Shown: in pieces, positions 56,566 to 59,115 of the stretch
Layout of the letters: the number at the start of each line of letters is the position of its first letter
Position numbering within the stretch: the stretch's first letter is position 1
Origin: Bacilli bacterium
GTDB lineage: Bacteria > Bacillota_I > Bacilli_A > RF39 > UBA660
NCBI GenBank assembly: GCA_017442305.1
Contig: JAFRZY010000014.1
Coordinates: 1 to 59,115, forward strand
DNA: 59,115 bases
Reading direction: 5' to 3'
Translations under genes and position numbers: made by a program
The notes under the pieces: generated by a model
Told to the model about the DNA's origin: nothing
Seen by the model: the letters and a program-made list of their open reading frames with translations, nothing else
Database searches by the model: none

Positions 56566-57038
56566 TGAGTAAGTCAATTAAATTTAAAAATAATACATAT
56601 ATCGATAGTAGTGGGATAGTACATAACAGAAAGTCTTTGAAAGATATGTTGAATAACAAATTAAATAAGACTGTACTATTTGATAATGTTCCAAGTGTAG
56701 GAGAAGTTGGAAAACTATCAGCACCAGGAAGTAGTTATACAATATCAGGCAATTTTAGTAATTATGATTTTTTATTAATAATATTTAGAAGTCGTGTATG
56801 GGGATGGTGTAAAAAAGAAGAATTGATATTCAATGCTAATCAATTTGGAAGTTCTAATGTAGCTACCGGTAATTTATATTCTGCTGTGATGCCTTTGTAT
56901 AATTCAAATACAATAGCAACGATGCAATATTATTTTACAAATAATAATAAAGTGTCTGTGTATTATAACTCACATTATTCTGGAGATAACCATTTGTACA
57001 TAGCAACAATAATAGGGTGTAAATTATTATCGAGTTAG
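56565..57038 (+). CDS. Fibre-tip paralogue 1 (shared N-terminal module, unique C-terminal domain)
   Basis: MSKSIKFKNNTYIDSSGIVHNRKSL followed by a unique ~125 aa. TAATG coupling. Confidence 0.6.
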   Translation: MSKSIKFKNNTYIDSSGIVHNRKSLKDMLNNKLNKTVLFDNVPSVGEVGKLSAPGSSYTISGNFSNYDFLLIIFRSRVWGWCKKEELIFNANQFGSSNVATGNLYSAVMPLYNSNTIATMQYYFTNNNKVSVYYNSHYSGDNHLYIATIIGCKLLSS

Positions 57039-57048
57039 GTGGGATAAA

Positions 57049-57510
57049 ATGAGCAAGTCAATAAAATTTAGAAATAACACATATCTGGATAGCAATTCCA
57101 TAGTACATAACAGAAAACTTCTGCCAAACTTTCTAGTAGATAGCATAGTTAATTTTGATATATCAGTTCATATATCTTCAGCAGAAACTTGGTTCGATAC
57201 AGGGATAAAAGGAAACCATTTAAATTACGGAACTTACATAATGCAAGTTTTTATTTCATCTTGGAGTGTTAATGCACAATACGGAGAATATTTATCAGGA
57301 GTAGTAGCTTGGAGTAATCAAACAACAAATTCAGGAAATGCTGATGAAATACCATTATCTAAAGCAGGACATGCAAGAAACGATCATAATATAAGATTTA
57401 GGATCCTTAGGCAATTTGGAAGTAATGATTATATAAAACTTCAAATATGTGATAGTAGAGCATGGAGTGGAGCCGGAGATATAAATATAAGATTTAGAAA
57501 AATAATTTAG
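57049..57510 (+). CDS. Fibre-tip paralogue 2
   Basis: MSKSIKFRNNTYLDSNSIVHNRKLL followed by a unique C-terminus. Confidence 0.6.
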   Translation: MSKSIKFRNNTYLDSNSIVHNRKLLPNFLVDSIVNFDISVHISSAETWFDTGIKGNHLNYGTYIMQVFISSWSVNAQYGEYLSGVVAWSNQTTNSGNADEIPLSKAGHARNDHNIRFRILRQFGSNDYIKLQICDSRAWSGAGDINIRFRKII

Positions 57511-57519
57511 GAGAATCGT

Positions 57520-57996
57520 ATGTCAAAGTCAATAAAGTTTAAAAATAACACATATTTAGATAGTTCCAGTATAACTCATAACAGAGAATTATTAAGTAAT
57601 ATTCTAAGTCAGACAAAAGTAGACTATGTAAGCAGTTACGGTGGTATGTTGATAAAGCTCCCTAATGCAGGTTTTTATAAAATGATAATGATAAAAATAA
57701 TTGGTAATGGCTATGGTGGAAATCCAATAGATACGATAATACAGGCATATCATTATGAAAGCTTAGGATACTTTATAAATTGTAAGCAACATAATAATTC
57801 AGGAAGTTTGCCAACATGCAAATTTATGATAATAGATAATGTGATTGGGTTATGGATCCCAACACCAGGAATATATACAAGTTTGGTAGTAGAAGCATAT
57901 GAATCAATTCCAACTAATAGCAAGTTAAATATAACAGCAATATTATTAGGAGGAGAACCAGAAGGAAGTTATAAAACAAATTGTTCAATAGTATAA
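57520..57996 (+). CDS. Fibre-tip paralogue 3
   Basis: MSKSIKFKNNTYLDSSSITHNRELL followed by a unique C-terminus. Confidence 0.6.
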   Translation: MSKSIKFKNNTYLDSSSITHNRELLSNILSQTKVDYVSSYGGMLIKLPNAGFYKMIMIKIIGNGYGGNPIDTIIQAYHYESLGYFINCKQHNNSGSLPTCKFMIIDNVIGLWIPTPGIYTSLVVEAYESIPTNSKLNITAILLGGEPEGSYKTNCSIV

Positions 57997-58012
57997 AAGG
58001 AGGAAAAAGGAA

Positions 58013-58420
58013 ATGAAAGCAACAATTAACTATATTGTAAGTACAATATTAACAACAATAGTGTACTATTTAGGAGGTCTGGATACAGCAATGAAAACAT
58101 TATTAATTCTGATGGTATTAGATTATGCCACAGGAATATGCAAATCAATAGTAAACAAAAAAATAAATAGCATCATAGGTGCTAAAGGAATAATCAAAAA
58201 GGTAGGGTACTTAATAGTCGTAGCTCTATCTTTTTTGTTGGATGGAATTGTAGGAGATACCGGAGCAATCAGAAACCTGGTTGTTTATTTCTTTGTAGCT
58301 AATGAAGGAATATCAATTATAGAAAATTGGGGAGCAATGGGATTACCATTACCAGCAAAAATATTAGAAGTTTTAGAACAATTAAAACATGAAAATGGAG
58401 GAAAAGAAAATGGAAAATAA
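58013..58420 (+). CDS. Holin (phage_holin_4/TcdE-like)
   Basis: Three TM helices, the MVLDYATG motif, and a charged C-terminus. Confidence 0.8.
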   Translation: MKATINYIVSTILTTIVYYLGGLDTAMKTLLILMVLDYATGICKSIVNKKINSIIGAKGIIKKVGYLIVVALSFLLDGIVGDTGAIRNLVVYFFVANEGISIIENWGAMGLPLPAKILEVLEQLKHENGGKENGK

Positions 58421-58505
58421 AGAAGAAATATTAGTGGAAGAAATTGAAAAAGATGAAGCAATCTCTATTGCTGAAGATTGTGAAGGATTTAACGAGGAGG
58501 AATAA
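58410..58505 (+). CDS. 31-aa highly acidic ORF between holin and endolysin (not in the ORF track)
   Basis: MENKEEILVEEIEKDEAISIAEDCEGFNEEE. It overlaps the end of the holin gene, and its own end supplies GAGGAGG ahead of the endolysin gene. Confidence 0.3.
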   Translation: MENKEEILVEEIEKDEAISIAEDCEGFNEEE

Positions 58506-58507
58506 TT

Positions 58508-59115
58508 ATGGGATATACATTAAATAATATTAAAAAAAGCCCATTTAAGGGCTTGAAATCATCATGGATAAGCTCTGACTTTGGAAACAGAAGATTCTGG
58601 AATAATGTTACAGGAAAATATGTAGAAGACTTTCATAGTGGAATAGATATAACATCAGGAACAGAAATAACAGCAACTGCTAAAGGAAAAGTAACAGCAT
58701 GTAGGAATACCGTTAAAGGGTATACAGAAAGCCAAGCTTCAGGAAACTATGTAACTTTATATCATGGTAATAATGTTTATACCACATATTGTCATATGAA
58801 ATATGGAAGTGTTAAAGTTAAAGTTGGAGATATAGTAGAAGCTGGATCTGTAATAGGAATCAAAGGAACTACAGGATTTTCAACCGGGGAACATCTTCAC
58901 TATGGTGTAAAAGTAAATGGAAGTTGGGTAGATCCTAAACCATATTTATTAGGAACAAAAGAGTTGCCACAATATGGTGGTTCAACACCAACACCAACAC
59001 CTACAGGGAATTTAAAGTATAAAGTAGGGGATGAAGTAATATTCACAGGAACTTTATACAGAGATAGCTACGGAAATGGTGCAGGACAAAGTAGAAGCAA
59101 TTTAAGAGCTAAGAT
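58508..59115 (+). CDS. Endolysin with an M23 (LytM) peptidase domain, 3'-truncated by the window edge
   Basis: HSGIDI (HxxxD) and GEHLHYG (HxH) zinc motifs, then a TPTPTPT linker. The frame stays open to the window end. Confidence 0.8.
   Translation, partial: MGYTLNNIKKSPFKGLKSSWISSDFGNRRFWNNVTGKYVEDFHSGIDITSGTEITATAKGKVTACRNTVKGYTESQASGNYVTLYHGNNVYTTYCHMKYGSVKVKVGDIVEAGSVIGIKGTTGFSTGEHLHYGVKVNGSWVDPKPYLLGTKELPQYGGSTPTPTPTGNLKYKVGDEVIFTGTLYRDSYGNGAGQSRSNLRAK

Larger units (their letters stand above)
27990..59115. mobile_element. Integrated HK97-like siphoviral prophage (left end approximate; right end beyond the window)
   Basis: Contiguous integrase, immunity, recombination/replication, packaging, head, tail and lysis modules, starting right after the secA terminator. 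Confidence 0.9.

Noticed and set aside
1-59115. Scan for CRISPR arrays, tRNA or rRNA genes, transposases, reverse transcriptases (retron/DGR) and known multi-gene defence operons.
   Set aside because: I saw no regularly spaced repeat array, no cloverleaf-like G+C-rich ~75-nt islands, and no RT, transposase or typical defence ATPase-nuclease pairs. The only ABC ATPase present is of the tandem-NBD ABC-F type.

Overview
This is AT-rich Firmicute DNA. It has an RNA polymerase delta subunit together with spoIIR, spoIID, spoIIQ and spoIIID, which by inference suggests a spore-forming Bacilli/Erysipelotrichia-like host. Bases 1 to about 27980 are an origin-proximal housekeeping block. It contains mnmE-mnmG-rsmG, an orphan parB, a class A PBP, DUF1934-argS, rpoE, prfA-prmC, spoIIR, mntP, fba, murA, rpmE, rpiB, spoIID/IIQ/IIID, csp, hpf and secA. 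Two accessory loci interrupt this block. The first is a promoter-driven, ORF-free structured RNA of about 460 nt, co-transcribed with a four-TM DxxxD membrane protein (candidate OLE RNA/OapA). The second is a convergent agr-type quorum-sensing locus (LytTR regulator, AgrC-like kinase, AgrB) with an AgrD propeptide that is absent from the ORF track. From about 27990 to the window end lies an integrated HK97-like cos-type siphoviral prophage whose right end is outside the window. It carries the integrase, an S24 self-cleaving repressor and Cro switch with palindromic operators, an ERF/exonuclease/SSB/NinB recombination module, a replisome organizer and loader, and a late regulator. A three-cassette moron island follows, and it includes a leader-peptide-controlled ABC-F ATPase. 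After that come an HNH nuclease, a ParB-fused DNA methyltransferase, a miniature MetK-like SAM synthetase, terminase, portal, protease and capsid genes. The tail module has a -1 frameshifted chaperone and four consecutive fibre-like genes sharing one N-terminal module, and is followed by a holin and an M23 endolysin. I saw no rRNA, tRNA, CRISPR array or transposase.
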